Part shown: positions 1-10,311 of the stretch, in pieces
Layout of the letters: each line of letters starts with the position of its first letter
Numbering within the stretch: the first letter of the stretch is position 1
Program-made: the position numbers and the translations under genes
Notes under the pieces: model-generated
Databases searched by the model: none
What the model was told of the DNA's origin: nothing
Seen by the model: only the letters and a program-made list of their open reading frames with translations
Virus record (IMG/VR): IMGVR_UViG_3300032038_000041
Span: 1-64,000 of that record
Origin: a virus
Taxonomy: Duplodnaviria; Caudoviricetes
Reading direction: 5' to 3' (one strand)
DNA: 64,000 nucleotides

Positions 1-279
1 ATCTGCTGTAATAAGAGGATCTTCGTCACACTGGTTAATCACTGGATTATACCTAGTTACAGTGACAAGACGCTCTGTCTCTTCTTTTGGCTCTATTTGA
101 GTCTCTTCTTTTGGCTCTATTTGAGTTTCTTCTTTTGACTCTATTTGAGTCTCTTCATACACTCCCATGCTAATATTTTTTGATCTTCTTAAATTATGAC
201 CAAAAATTGAAAGCATAAACATAACGACCATTATAAAAATTAAGTCGTCATCAGTAAATTTTTTCTTTTTCATTTTCAT
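1..279 (-). CDS. Partial membrane-anchored protein, probable 3D (MltA-like) domain; runs off window start
   Basis: Manual translation MKMKKKKFTDDDLIFIMVVMFMLSIFG...VTVTRYNPVINQCDEDPLITAD; hydrophobic anchor, repeat linker, YNP..QCD..PLITAD motif as in 3D-domain proteins. Confidence 0.55.
   Translation of the reverse strand, partial: MKMKKKKFTDDDLIFIMVVMFMLSIFGHNLRRSKNISMGVYEETQIESKEETQIEPKEETQIEPKEETERLVTVTRYNPVINQCDEDPLITAD
77..156. repeat. 24-bp tandem repeat x3.3 encoding ETQIE(P/S)KE linker
   Basis: gtctcttcttttggctctatttga at 77, 101, 125 (2 mismatches), partial at 149. Confidence 0.9.
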
Positions 280-300
280 TTGTTTTGCATGTTTTTTATT

Positions 301-318
301 CATATATAAGGCTTTGAA
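301..318 (-). promoter_or_regulatory. Recurrent promoter motif TTCAAAGCCTTATATATG
   Basis: Same or near-identical motif precedes genes at many sites in the window. Confidence 0.7.
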
Positions 319-357
319 TAGAAAATTAAAGGGAGAAATTAATCTCCCATTTTATTT

Positions 358-1437
358 CTAACAAAATACATTCTCATCATAATATCCCTTTTTCAAGGCT
401 TGTATGAAAAACTGTATATCTTTAATTGACATTGGTGTAAAATTATTAGCATCAACGCCTACATCAATTCCCCAGCGTTTAATTTTCTGTCTTCCATGAA
501 TATGACCAAATAATCCATAAGATCCATTAGTTCCAAGTAAAGGATTAAGATTCCTTAAATACTCTGGTTCATGATTAAAGATTAACTCAGCACTGAGATC
601 ATGGTATTCAGATTCAATATCATTATCCGGCTCTAGTTTAAAATGCCCAAACTCTTTATACCCAATAATATCTTTGAATCCAATACGTATCATAGATTCT
701 TTGAATTCATCGAAAGACTTCCAATGAAGATCTATTTCTCTTTTTTCATAATTTCCACACTGAAGAATTATATTACCATTAAGATATCGTAACCAATCTC
801 TTTCACCAAAATCTCCTAAATGGTAAACAATATCTTCTGGCCTTACTACCTCATTCCATCTTTCAACCATCGTCCAATTCATATCTTCCGTACTAATGAA
901 TGGTCTTTTACTAAGAGTAAGTGCTCTTTGTGATTGAAAGTGCGTATCTGAAGTAAAGAAAGTTTTAGGTGCCATTTTATGATGATTAACCCACACATTA
1001 AGAGCTTTTAAGCAATCATCTAGTGTAGTAAATACCTTAGGGACCCCATATTTTTTAGCTTTATATTCCATATACCGTCTTGTATGGACCTCAGGATCAA
1101 TACCTAAGATAATTCGCTTCCCTCTAACTAGGTTCTCCATTAGCTCAATTTTAGTAGTTTGAGCATAATCTCGTCCTTTAATTTTTTGAATTTCTTTAGG
1201 AACCCAAAATAAGATTAGATCACTCATTCTAAGCGCTTTGGTTTCCCATTCAACTTGCTCTTCCCATACAAAAGATTCTCCTAATTCACCACTTCTTTTA
1301 GGATTAAGAAATTCTATACCTTCTATTTCAGGAATAGTACTTTGCCAATCAGGTGCTCCTTGTATTGGCCCTGCCAGGAATACATATGTTTTATCTTTCT
1401 TTACTCCTGGTACATGCTGTTCAATTGCTCTTATCAT
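358..1437 (-). CDS. Nucleoside 2-deoxyribosyltransferase-like domain fused to calcineurin-like metallophosphoesterase
   Basis: N-term VFLAGPIQGAPDWQ...QVEWE...SDLILFW; C-term SDTHF, LGDF, GNYE, HEP, GHIH motifs. Confidence 0.75.
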   Translation of the reverse strand: MIRAIEQHVPGVKKDKTYVFLAGPIQGAPDWQSTIPEIEGIEFLNPKRSGELGESFVWEEQVEWETKALRMSDLILFWVPKEIQKIKGRDYAQTTKIELMENLVRGKRIILGIDPEVHTRRYMEYKAKKYGVPKVFTTLDDCLKALNVWVNHHKMAPKTFFTSDTHFQSQRALTLSKRPFISTEDMNWTMVERWNEVVRPEDIVYHLGDFGERDWLRYLNGNIILQCGNYEKREIDLHWKSFDEFKESMIRIGFKDIIGYKEFGHFKLEPDNDIESEYHDLSAELIFNHEPEYLRNLNPLLGTNGSYGLFGHIHGRQKIKRWGIDVGVDANNFTPMSIKDIQFFIQALKKGYYDENVFC

Positions 1438-1446
1438 AATTTATAT

Positions 1447-1671
1447 TTAAAAAGGTAATGGTATCTCATCTATTATTTGTGCATATTTAGTTTTGTATAT
1501 AATATAACCTTCTCCCAATTTAGTTGTTCGATTAGTAGGCATTACTGATTTAATAACATATCTCTTTCTATGAGCTGTTATTATATCTACAACTCTTTTT
1601 TCATTATATGCCCATATTAAGAATGGATAAGTATTTCCATTATCTAGGATTGCTTTAAAGTATCTCAACAA
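1447..1671 (-). CDS. Hypothetical protein
   Basis: 74 aa ORF tightly packed in minus-strand operon. Confidence 0.5.
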   Translation of the reverse strand: MLRYFKAILDNGNTYPFLIWAYNEKRVVDIITAHRKRYVIKSVMPTNRTTKLGEGYIIYKTKYAQIIDEIPLPF

Positions 1672-2027
1672 AGTGTATCTAATTGAACAAATACTAGATT
1701 ATTTTCTATCCAAAACTTTAAATTCAAATAAGAATCCATAATTTCTTCTGGCCATTCTTTGTTAATATAAACCATTTCAAATTTCTCATCCATCATAGAT
1801 TTTGTAATTCTCTTCTTTCCCTTCCAAATACTCATATCATTTTCCCACTTTCGTATTTTTCCTATATTTAAAAGAGATAAAAGCGCTTTAGGAGGATTCT
1901 GAAGAGGATTAACTGATAATAGAAATCCTCTCGTAGGTTCATTATTAATACCACGAATAAGCCAGATATACTTATATTTTGAATTTTCTCTTAATAAAAA
2001 CGTAGGCAGTAAGTCCTTAGTTGTCAT
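1665..2027 (-). CDS. Hypothetical protein (probable start MTTKDLL)
   Basis: ORF track 1665..2072; ATG at 2027 avoids a long overlap with the upstream gene. Confidence 0.55.
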   Translation of the reverse strand: MTTKDLLPTFLLRENSKYKYIWLIRGINNEPTRGFLLSVNPLQNPPKALLSLLNIGKIRKWENDMSIWKGKKRITKSMMDEKFEMVYINKEWPEEIMDSYLNLKFWIENNLVFVQLDTLC

Positions 2028-2490
2028 AGAACCCTGCCTTTTTAAACATGTGATCCATCTTAGTCCAATCAACGTGACTTAATCTAGCAACATGCTTCTC
2101 TCCTGTTGCATAGGAAGTATAAGTTACTAGATTAGATTTAAGAGGAGTACCCATCGCCATATCATCAATTAAGATATCAGCTAATAGCTTTCGCGATGTA
2201 CCTGTTCCAGTATTTTCTTCTCCTTCAAATCCATTTACACCTTTAAGTGGGATTCCATTATCTTCAAACCAATTAATAGCTTCTTGAAGACTGCTAATTT
2301 CTCTCAATTTGCCATTAATATAGTTAAAAGGATTATCAGAAGATTCATTACGGCAAGTCCATAAAACAATATCATGTCCTGCGTTTACTAGTTTCTTAAG
2401 TACATGTGCAGCTCCCGTATCGTATAAAGTACTTCCACTTTCCGGAAGTTTTGGAACTACAGTACCATCAAAATCACATAATATAATCAT
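2017..2490 (-). CDS. HAD-superfamily hydrolase (BT0820-like)
   Basis: MIILCDFDGTVV motif I, LWTCR, ADILIDD motif IV. Confidence 0.8.
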   Translation of the reverse strand: MIILCDFDGTVVPKLPESGSTLYDTGAAHVLKKLVNAGHDIVLWTCRNESSDNPFNYINGKLREISSLQEAINWFEDNGIPLKGVNGFEGEENTGTGTSRKLLADILIDDMAMGTPLKSNLVTYTSYATGEKHVARLSHVDWTKMDHMFKKAGFYDN

Positions 2491-3590
2491 ATCCTTCCAA
2501 ATCTAATATTCTTCTTAAATTCTTCCCAATTCTTGGCTGCTGCGAGAGTGAACCCGTAAGATACACAACTTTGAAATTCCTCTACCCACTCTTGAATTGA
2601 ACAATCTACATCAATCCAGGTCCAGGCTGAATCACTAACTTTTATAGTCGGATTATGCTTTTTCCACTCTTCTGGATCTTTATAACCTGCTCTAAGAGAT
2701 TGAATCTCAATAGTTGTATTTCCATGATAAGCTCTACAAAAGCCGTTAGCTCTTGCTTGATATCCACCAGTTCCATAATACTGCTCTTGATTAGAAACTT
2801 CTACAGTCTCATATTCTCCAGTATTAGGATTTCTATTTTTTTGATATAAAGTTCCTTCGGCTTCAATTATTCTGGCGAAATCTTTACCAATCATAACATA
2901 ATCAGCACCAAGAGCCATTGCTTTTAAGACATCAGCAGGACTTTCAATACCCCCATCTGCAATAATCTTTACAGGCCTAAGACCAACACCTCCAGTAGCT
3001 TTAAACTTAGTCATATCCATTAAAAGAGATGCCATTGGATAATGAAATCCATATTTCGCTTTATCTACTAAAGATCCTGAACTAATACCAACCCTTATAT
3101 AATCAAACCCTGCCTTACTGTAATCTGAATAGGTTTCAACATTACCCACATTTCCACCCATTATGATTACCTGAGGGCCATATAATTTCTTTAGTTCAAA
3201 ACATAATTGAAGGAGGTTAGTATCATGTCCATTTCCACAATCAATACAAATATGAAGTTTTGGACCTAATCGCCTCTGATCAACATTCAAAAAGTTTCTT
3301 TGAATTTCACTGATACTAAAAGCAGAGAATATCCAAGGACAATATTGAAGTCTTAATTCTAAAGATTCAGTTCTTGGTATTACTGGTCTTATCCCATAAT
3401 CTTGCCATATTTTACAGCTATTTTCGCCAACAACGGCTTCCATTGGGCTAGTGAAGATTGGAAGTGTATCTGTTATTCCACTATCATCCAATTCATCCTT
3501 AACTGTAAAACAGGCCTTACTCCCTAGTGAACCATTATTAGTTCTAGCTGGAAGCAATGTAATATCATCTAATTCTAAAAGTCTTTCCAT
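2487..3590 (-). CDS. IMP dehydrogenase / GMP reductase family protein
   Basis: LDDITLLP, IDCGNGH, GGNVG, IRVGISSGS, IIADGGI, ALGADYVMIG; the usual catalytic Cys after GxGS appears replaced. Confidence 0.8.
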   Translation of the reverse strand: MERLLELDDITLLPARTNNGSLGSKACFTVKDELDDSGITDTLPIFTSPMEAVVGENSCKIWQDYGIRPVIPRTESLELRLQYCPWIFSAFSISEIQRNFLNVDQRRLGPKLHICIDCGNGHDTNLLQLCFELKKLYGPQVIIMGGNVGNVETYSDYSKAGFDYIRVGISSGSLVDKAKYGFHYPMASLLMDMTKFKATGGVGLRPVKIIADGGIESPADVLKAMALGADYVMIGKDFARIIEAEGTLYQKNRNPNTGEYETVEVSNQEQYYGTGGYQARANGFCRAYHGNTTIEIQSLRAGYKDPEEWKKHNPTIKVSDSAWTWIDVDCSIQEWVEEFQSCVSYGFTLAAAKNWEEFKKNIRFGRI

Positions 3591-3855
3591 AATACTTTCA
3601 TTATTAATTTCATATTCAAGAATAAGGAAAAAGAAGGCATAATTATTTACGTTCCACCAACTTAATTATATTTGTAGTATCACTATCTTCTTCTATACGG
3701 TCGAGCTTAATTTCTCTCGGCATCTTATTAATTAAATTAATTTCTATCTCTTTAATTATTTTACAACATTCTTCAAATTTCTTTAATAATTTTGTCATAC
3801 ACGCGTAAAGATTTCAAAATCTTATATATGTGAATAAAATTTTTAAAAAACAACT

Positions 3856-4326
3856 ATGAGTTTATTAAAAATAAAAAGAATAAGTGTATTGACTCCTAAA
3901 GGAGAGCGAATTCTTTCGTTTATGCCTATAGATGAACAATTACTTAATGAACAAGAGTTTACACCTTGTGATAAGCAATGTCCTTATGGCCCAGAACTTT
4001 GTGATAAAATAAAAGATCCAAGAGATCCAACTAATCCTAAAAAATGTTTTGGAGATTGGTGTGCAAATCTTGGAAATAATGAAGGAGATCAACCTGAGTA
4101 TGCAAATTGTGTACCTATTGAAGGAACAATTGAGGAAAACCTAGGAGATATACAAGATATACATCAGACGCTGATTGAGAAAGATCCTCTTGTTAAATTA
4201 ACAAAGGTTATTGATAATGTTTGTGATGGATATTGTGATATGTATGAACAAACACATTCTCAATGCAATTCCAGTAATAAGCTGTGTATCTTAAGAAAAT
4301 TATTTAAAAATAATAAGAATGATTGA
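3856..4326 (+). CDS. Cys-rich hypothetical protein
   Basis: 156 aa, multiple Cys clusters, promoter motif at 3813-3830. Confidence 0.6.
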   Translation: MSLLKIKRISVLTPKGERILSFMPIDEQLLNEQEFTPCDKQCPYGPELCDKIKDPRDPTNPKKCFGDWCANLGNNEGDQPEYANCVPIEGTIEENLGDIQDIHQTLIEKDPLVKLTKVIDNVCDGYCDMYEQTHSQCNSSNKLCILRKLFKNNKND

Positions 4327-5203
4327 AGATGATAATAAAATATATATTCCACCGGATTATTCACAAGAAGAGGTAAGTTATGATTCAGACTTTGATGACG
4401 ATGAGGATGATCCTGCAGATTATGAATTTCCAGATGATGACGAAAATGACGTCGAGGAAGAAGAATTATCTAAACAACAAGAACAATTAAATGAGAAACA
4501 AATGAGTGTACAATCGCCTTTTGGACAAACTCCTCAATGGGGTACGCCCAGCCAACAAACAACTCCTTGGGGAACATCAAATCCCTCAGGACAACAAACA
4601 TTCCCTTGGCAAACTCAAAGACCAGCTGCTCCTGTAACTCCACAATATTCCTGGCAATTACCAGGACAACAACAGCAGCCAGCAGGGCCTAATGTACAAG
4701 GACCTACACAAGCAATTAGAATTGATAGACCAAAACAGATAGTCATAATTGATGTATTCGATGGACTTATTGAATCTTTGGCAAGTGAGGGTCAACCTAA
4801 TATTCCACCAAGAGCAGTTTATGACATTAAACTAAAATTTGATGTTTGGGGTGCTTTAAGGAGTTTTAGCCCTCAAGTAGTTTATGCAATTTTCCCAGCT
4901 CTTACAACAGACGCAGAGGGAAAGAAAGCATGGCAAGCTGCTATTAAGTATCTAACTTATAGCTTAAGCTCTTATTTGCAAATTCCTGAATATAACTGTA
5001 TTATCATTAAACAAATGGTATTCGGTCAACCAAAAGAAGTTATTATAAAGGCTATTGCAGATAAACTAAATGATAAAAAATCAGCTGTATATGTTGGAGT
5101 AAATAGTGGTTATTGGGGACTTGGAAATGGAGATCTTCTTGCAGCTAAACACTGTCAGATAGATTATGCAGATATATTTCAATTAATTAAAGGAGAAATT
5201 TAG
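4319..5203 (+). CDS. Acidic/QP-rich N-terminus plus degenerate HAD-IIIA-like domain
   Basis: D/E tract, repeated xxPWG/PWQ, IVIIDVFDGL and VYVG...GDLLAAKHCQIDY. Confidence 0.5.
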   Translation: MIEDDNKIYIPPDYSQEEVSYDSDFDDDEDDPADYEFPDDDENDVEEEELSKQQEQLNEKQMSVQSPFGQTPQWGTPSQQTTPWGTSNPSGQQTFPWQTQRPAAPVTPQYSWQLPGQQQQPAGPNVQGPTQAIRIDRPKQIVIIDVFDGLIESLASEGQPNIPPRAVYDIKLKFDVWGALRSFSPQVVYAIFPALTTDAEGKKAWQAAIKYLTYSLSSYLQIPEYNCIIIKQMVFGQPKEVIIKAIADKLNDKKSAVYVGVNSGYWGLGNGDLLAAKHCQIDYADIFQLIKGEI

Positions 5204-5207
5204 AATT

Positions 5208-6359
5208 ATGGATCAAAAATGGATTATTGATAGTGGTGTATTTTATCCAATTCCTGGAGATACTACACTACACTTATCACCGGGACCTGGAGTATTTCAA
5301 TTTTATAAAAACCCAGATCCAAGAGATGGAAGACTAGGTCTAAAGAGAATTAGTGATGATTTCAAGTTTGATTTTAAAATCTATGACTTGGGAAGTGAAA
5401 AAATCATTGATACAATTGAAAAGACTTGGAATTCAGACTATTATGTAAAAACTGGAAGAAACCTTGGCGTGATTTTTAATGGAATCAAGGGAACAGGGAA
5501 AACAATCTCTGCAAAAATTCTATGTAATAGAATGAAACTTCCTGTAGTAATTATTCCATACTGTGTTCCTGGTATTCAAGACTTCTTACAGGCCCTTGAA
5601 TTTGAGTGTGTAATTCTTATCGATGAGGCTGAGAAAACATTTAAGTCTAATATCAATAGCGAAATAGATTCTGATGAGATTCTTCTTAAGTTAATTGATG
5701 GAGTTTATAATAAGGCACGTAAATTGTATGTCCTTACAACAAATAAGCTAACAATTAACGAAAATCTCCTAGGACGACCTGGGCGAATTCGCTATATCCA
5801 ACAGTTTGGAAATCTTACAGAAAAGGCCGTTCATGAATTTATTGATGATAATCTTCTTTACCCAGAAAAGAAGAATGATATCTTAAAAGCTGTAGACCTT
5901 CTTGAGATCTCAACAATTGATATCCTTCGCTCAATGGTAGATGAGGTTAATATTCATCAAGAACTTCCTGAAGATTCTGCACTGAACGTACCTAAAGCAA
6001 ATCATATCTTCCGCATTCTTCGATTCCCGGAGCTTGAGTGTGAAGTACTTGAGAAAGTAAGAGAACTAATTGTTCCTCTCGTAAAAGAAGGAAAATTACT
6101 TACATGGCTCAAAGAAAAACGTGAAGGTTATGACGGTACTAATTCAGAGTGGATATATGATGAGTATGGTGGCTATGAAACCAAACTTACTTGTCAGTTC
6201 TCTAGTCTTTGGAAAGGTATGGGAACTAATTATGGAGAGATACTGGAAGAACCTGGAATTGATGGCTTCTTTACAGTAAGTGGATCATATGGCGAACCAT
6301 GTACTTGTGTTATGCTGTATAAAAAATCAGATCCTAGTTTATATAGAAATGCACTTTAG
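5208..6359 (+). CDS. AAA+ ATPase
   Basis: Walker A GIKGTGKT, Walker B ILIDEAEK, LTTN, RPGRIRY. Confidence 0.85.
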   Translation: MDQKWIIDSGVFYPIPGDTTLHLSPGPGVFQFYKNPDPRDGRLGLKRISDDFKFDFKIYDLGSEKIIDTIEKTWNSDYYVKTGRNLGVIFNGIKGTGKTISAKILCNRMKLPVVIIPYCVPGIQDFLQALEFECVILIDEAEKTFKSNINSEIDSDEILLKLIDGVYNKARKLYVLTTNKLTINENLLGRPGRIRYIQQFGNLTEKAVHEFIDDNLLYPEKKNDILKAVDLLEISTIDILRSMVDEVNIHQELPEDSALNVPKANHIFRILRFPELECEVLEKVRELIVPLVKEGKLLTWLKEKREGYDGTNSEWIYDEYGGYETKLTCQFSSLWKGMGTNYGEILEEPGIDGFFTVSGSYGEPCTCVMLYKKSDPSLYRNAL

Positions 6360-6366
6360 GAGTATT

Positions 6367-6397
6367 ATAGAGAGGGTAATATCCTTCTCTATTTTTT
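6367..6397 (+). terminator. Intrinsic terminator
   Basis: ATAGAGAGGG-TAATAT-CCTTCTCTAT followed by T-run. Confidence 0.75.
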
Positions 6398-6473
6398 GTT
6401 TCGTTAAGAGGATCTGACATATAATAAAAAGAAGGGAGAGTAATTTTTCCTCTTTCTTTTCCTTATATTTGTT

Positions 6474-8105
6474 ATGAAAGTAAAAAATATATCACAAAGA
6501 GAATTTCTTAAGTTGTTAGAATCAACTATAGAAAGTAGTTATGGTACAGAAATTATAGAAAGTAGATCTGGTGAAACATTAGCAACTAAAATATGTCAAG
6601 CTACTGTTGCCTGCCTAGGAATTTACTCCCAAGATCCTGAAAATCAAGATGATGAATTCAAGGATGGTTTTGGGCAGTTATATGAAGAATTAGCTTGGGG
6701 TGGTGTTTCATTTATTACTATTGATGTCGTAAGGATTGGACTTACAATAGAAAAGAAGGTTCCATTCATTGAGGTTAAAGATAATTTAGGAACAAATTTT
6801 TATATTTATCACGATGGAACAAGGTTATGTGGTTATGTACCAAAAGGGGATATTGATAAAGAAGAAGCACGTATTTTTGACTTTGAATCTCAATTAGAAC
6901 CTGATCCTATAACAGAAAATAAGATCAATGGTAATATCTTCATTCCTAATATTGGTAAAGTACAGCCTAGACAATTAAAGACAGTTCAAAGTGACCTGGA
7001 ATCCTTCAATAGGAATTTAGCAGCACGACTAGGGAAATGGATTATTAAAGATCTAACGAGGGCAATGATACTTCCATCTAATCTTGGTATTCCTGTTGGG
7101 GATAAAGATTATGTGAAAACATTAAGTAAAGAACAAATAACTTACTTAGTTGCAGCTTTACTAACTAATATTGAAAACGAATCTCTTGGAAAATTTGCTA
7201 ATAAGGTAAAGACTGATATTGAATCAGTAATAGAACCTCATATTGAAGATTTTGAAGTTCTAGGTACTGGCTGTCTTGCGTATGGCGTTCCTTTTATTGA
7301 ATGTAGAATTAGAACTTTAGAGAGTCCTTGGATAATCTATTACTTATATAGTGACGGAAAAGACTTTAGGGCATATGTTCCTCTATGTGGAAATTGGATT
7401 AATACAGACAATAAACAAATCTTTATGAGGTCCGTACTTAATTCCAAAGAAGATGCAGCTTGGTTGAGTAAACAGGGAATTTCTATTCCGATAAAGGATG
7501 GAGATACTGTAGAAGAGATTCATCAAGAGATAAAGAATACTTTAGGAACAACAACTATCCTTGAATATGGAGATTATGTTCCAGAAGCTAATAGAGAAGA
7601 GTGTCTTAAGGAATTTGAGTCAATGTTTCCTACCTCAGGACAGACAACTACAACAATTCAATCTACAGGTCAACAAACAAAGACTAATGACGTAACTTCA
7701 CTTACAATAGATCAGTTAGAGCTTTTGAAGGAGACTCTGTCAAACAATTATACAATAGAAGCTAACTCTTTAATATCCGCTATTGATAGTGAAATTAATA
7801 AACGAGAACAGTTGTATAAGAAGATTGATACTAATAAATTTGCTGGAAAGTTATTTTATACGGATGCTAAAGATCATACCGGTAAAGATGTTAGACAGTA
7901 TTTTAAAGTAACTTTTATTAACTCTAGAAAAGAGATTATGTTTGATTTCTTAGGAAAGAGTAGTGATAGCATTCTGTATAAGAAAGGTTTAACAATAGGT
8001 CTAACTCTTACAATAGATGGGAAACTTACAGATGATTATTCTAACAAAGAGTTGATTGAGTTAAAGGATGAAACTGACTATAACAAATATATTTCAAACT
8101 TTTAA
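6474..8105 (+). CDS. Hypothetical protein with internal duplicated motif
   Basis: VPFIE...YIYHDG..LCGYVP and VPFIE...YLYSDG..FRAYVP. Confidence 0.65.
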   Translation: MKVKNISQREFLKLLESTIESSYGTEIIESRSGETLATKICQATVACLGIYSQDPENQDDEFKDGFGQLYEELAWGGVSFITIDVVRIGLTIEKKVPFIEVKDNLGTNFYIYHDGTRLCGYVPKGDIDKEEARIFDFESQLEPDPITENKINGNIFIPNIGKVQPRQLKTVQSDLESFNRNLAARLGKWIIKDLTRAMILPSNLGIPVGDKDYVKTLSKEQITYLVAALLTNIENESLGKFANKVKTDIESVIEPHIEDFEVLGTGCLAYGVPFIECRIRTLESPWIIYYLYSDGKDFRAYVPLCGNWINTDNKQIFMRSVLNSKEDAAWLSKQGISIPIKDGDTVEEIHQEIKNTLGTTTILEYGDYVPEANREECLKEFESMFPTSGQTTTTIQSTGQQTKTNDVTSLTIDQLELLKETLSNNYTIEANSLISAIDSEINKREQLYKKIDTNKFAGKLFYTDAKDHTGKDVRQYFKVTFINSRKEIMFDFLGKSSDSILYKKGLTIGLTLTIDGKLTDDYSNKELIELKDETDYNKYISNF

Positions 8106-8107
8106 TT

Positions 8108-8323
8108 ATGGATTCAATTAAAGATGCATTAAAAAAGATTAAGACAATCAAGCTTATTAGTCTACTACAAAAGACATTTCCTTATGGAATAGATTGTGTT
8201 TCCAAGAATGGAAAAACTCTCAAAGTTTTCGTAACTAAGAAGGATATTAGGCAAGAGCTAAAAGATCGTAAACCTAAGATGACTAGGTTAGAATTAGAAT
8301 TTCTAAAGAAATATGGGAGTTGA
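8108..8323 (+). CDS. Hypothetical protein
   Basis: 71 aa basic ORF directly after previous stop. Confidence 0.55.
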   Translation: MDSIKDALKKIKTIKLISLLQKTFPYGIDCVSKNGKTLKVFVTKKDIRQELKDRKPKMTRLELEFLKKYGS

Positions 8324-8503
8324 TGAAGCGATAGCTATCTGTAAAACCGGAAAGAAATGCAAGCATCAATGTTATTCTAATTTGGAATATATCTGTGGGA
8401 TAAATGGGCGGAAGTGATTCGATTTGAGGATACAACTGTTATGGATGTTGATACTTATAGAAAAAGTTCATTCTATTCCCAAGGATGGATAGAATTAAAT
8501 TAA
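8312..8503 (+). pseudogene. Frameshifted small phage protein
   Basis: MGVDEAIAICKTGKKCKHQCYSNLEYI continues in another frame as WDKWAEVIRFEDTT...GWIELN. Confidence 0.4.
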
Positions 8504-8967
8504 TTAAAAAAGATATGAATATTGAAATAAGTAAGTTAATGGTAGAGGCGCTTAAATCTGGTGATAAAGTTCGTCTCACTGTGTTAAGGTTAATGAAGTC
8601 TGAAATAGATAATGCTAAAATTAAAGAAAAGCTAAAGATTTCAGATAATTTGCCTGAGATTAAAGAGTTGAATGTTCTCAAGAAGATGGCTAAAGAGTTT
8701 AAAGATGAGATTGAAAACTCTAAAAAAGCTGGTAATCAAGATCATGCTGATGAAGTAGAGTCTCAGCTGAAGATTCTCGAGGAGTTTATTCCAGCTCCAG
8801 TTAGTGAAGAAGATATCGAATCTTCAGTAAAAGAGATCATTAAAACTATTGATCATCCTCTATCAATGAAAGATATGGGCGTTATTATTGGTCAAGTTAG
8901 ATCTAAGTTTCCTACAGCTGATGGAGGAATAATTAGTAAAGTAGTAAAGAGCCAGATTAATGGATAA
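8485..8967 (+). CDS. GatB/YqeY domain protein
   Basis: ALKSGDKVRLTVLRLMKSEI...MKDMGVIIG...ADGGIISKVVK. Confidence 0.85.
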   Translation: MDRIKLIKKDMNIEISKLMVEALKSGDKVRLTVLRLMKSEIDNAKIKEKLKISDNLPEIKELNVLKKMAKEFKDEIENSKKAGNQDHADEVESQLKILEEFIPAPVSEEDIESSVKEIIKTIDHPLSMKDMGVIIGQVRSKFPTADGGIISKVVKSQING

Positions 8968-9004
8968 AATAAAAGGGAGAGACTTTATTGGTCCCTCCCT
9001 CTTT

Positions 9005-9265
9005 TTACTTAATTTCGATCTTTCTGATTTCTTGTTCTTTCTTTGGTAATGTAATTGTCAACAAACCATTATTACAACTTGCTGTAATATTATCTTTGTC
9101 TATATCATCACTTAGCCAGAGCATTCTTTTATAGCTTCCATAAATGTAATTTTCAGCCTTGATAATTAAGAGATCATTATTCTCTACCTCTATTGAAATA
9201 TCATCTTTACCAAGTCCAAGTGCCTCAAATACTACTTCATAAGTTTTATCTGTTTCTTTAATCAT
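9005..9265 (-). CDS. Small heat shock protein (Hsp20)
   Basis: GLGKDDISIEV...YGSYKR...ITASCNNGLLTITLPKK. Confidence 0.85.
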   Translation of the reverse strand: MIKETDKTYEVVFEALGLGKDDISIEVENNDLLIIKAENYIYGSYKRMLWLSDDIDKDNITASCNNGLLTITLPKKEQEIRKIEIK

Positions 9266-9408
9266 AATAAAAAAAATTTAATAGTTTAGACACCGTCCGT
9301 AGATGTCTTCACTATTAATATAGCAAATATGATGCCAAGTGACAAAATGACAGAAAAAAGAATGCCCCGCTTTCACAAGTAAGACATTCTGACATGCAAA
9401 ACAGAATT

Positions 9409-9606
9409 TTATTTATCAGATTCTGGCATAAGCAGATCAAGAATAAAATAGAATAATATTAATGAGCCAAAGGAGAAGAAACTCCCAATGAGATACAACA
9501 CTCTAATCGCATCTTTCCAATTACCTAATCCAAAATAGTTTGCTAAACCTCCAATTACTCCGCTAAACCATTTCGTTTCACTATCTTTTGTTAATCTTCT
9601 TTTCAT
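9409..9606 (-). CDS. PspC domain protein
   Basis: KRLTKD...[12 protein letters not shown]...IRV plus TM helix ending MP. Confidence 0.8.
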   Translation of the reverse strand: MKRRLTKDSETKWFSGVIGGLANYFGLGNWKDAIRVLYLIGSFFSFGSLILFYFILDLLMPESDK

Positions 9607-9607
9607 A

Positions 9608-9638
9608 CATATATAAGGAACTCAAAGCCTTAATAATG
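9608..9638. promoter_or_regulatory. Back-to-back divergent promoter motifs for pspC-like gene and infC
   Basis: TTCCTTATATATG (minus, 9608-9620) and TCAAAGCCTTAATAATG (plus, 9622-9638). Confidence 0.6.
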
Positions 9639-10175
9639 AAAATGAAGAAAGATAATAAGAGAAGTAATAGGATTAACGAACAAATTTTTGCTAAAGAGGT
9701 TCGTATAGTTGATGAAGGAGTATCAGAGATAATGAAGACATCTGAAGCATTAGAAAAAGCTAAAGAACAAGGATTAGATTTGATAGAAATATCTCCCAAT
9801 GCTCAACCTCCAGTATGTAAAATTATGGATTACGGAAAGTATCTTTATCAACAGAAAAAACGAGAAAAAGAGATACAGAAGAAACAAGTTAAAGTTGAAG
9901 TAAAGGAGATTAGATTTACTCCACAGACAGATGATCATGATTTTGAGTTTAAGCTGAAACATGCAAAAGAATTTCTATCTAAAGGAAATAAGTTAAAACT
10001 TTCTGTGTTTTTTAAAGGCAGATCAATAATTTACACAGATCAAGGAAAAGTTTTACTGTTAAAGTTTGCAGCAGCACTTGAAGAGGTAGGAACTGCTGAA
10101 AAAATGCCAATTATGGAAGGTAAGAGAATGACAATGATCATTAGTCCAAAGAAAAAGAAGGAAGGAGATAATTAA
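9636..10175 (+). CDS. infC: Translation initiation factor IF-3
   Basis: [56 protein letters not shown]. Confidence 0.95.
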   Translation: MKMKKDNKRSNRINEQIFAKEVRIVDEGVSEIMKTSEALEKAKEQGLDLIEISPNAQPPVCKIMDYGKYLYQQKKREKEIQKKQVKVEVKEIRFTPQTDDHDFEFKLKHAKEFLSKGNKLKLSVFFKGRSIIYTDQGKVLLLKFAAALEEVGTAEKMPIMEGKRMTMIISPKKKKEGDN

Positions 10176-10311
10176 ATCTCCAACCTTTATTTTTTTTTCA
10201 TTGTAGAGAGAAATCAATCTTCAAATAGTATATTTCCATATTGATCTTTCCATACTGAATGATAACGTGATTTCCAATATGCAGATCTATCTCGCCTCCA
10301 AGTATGCTTTT

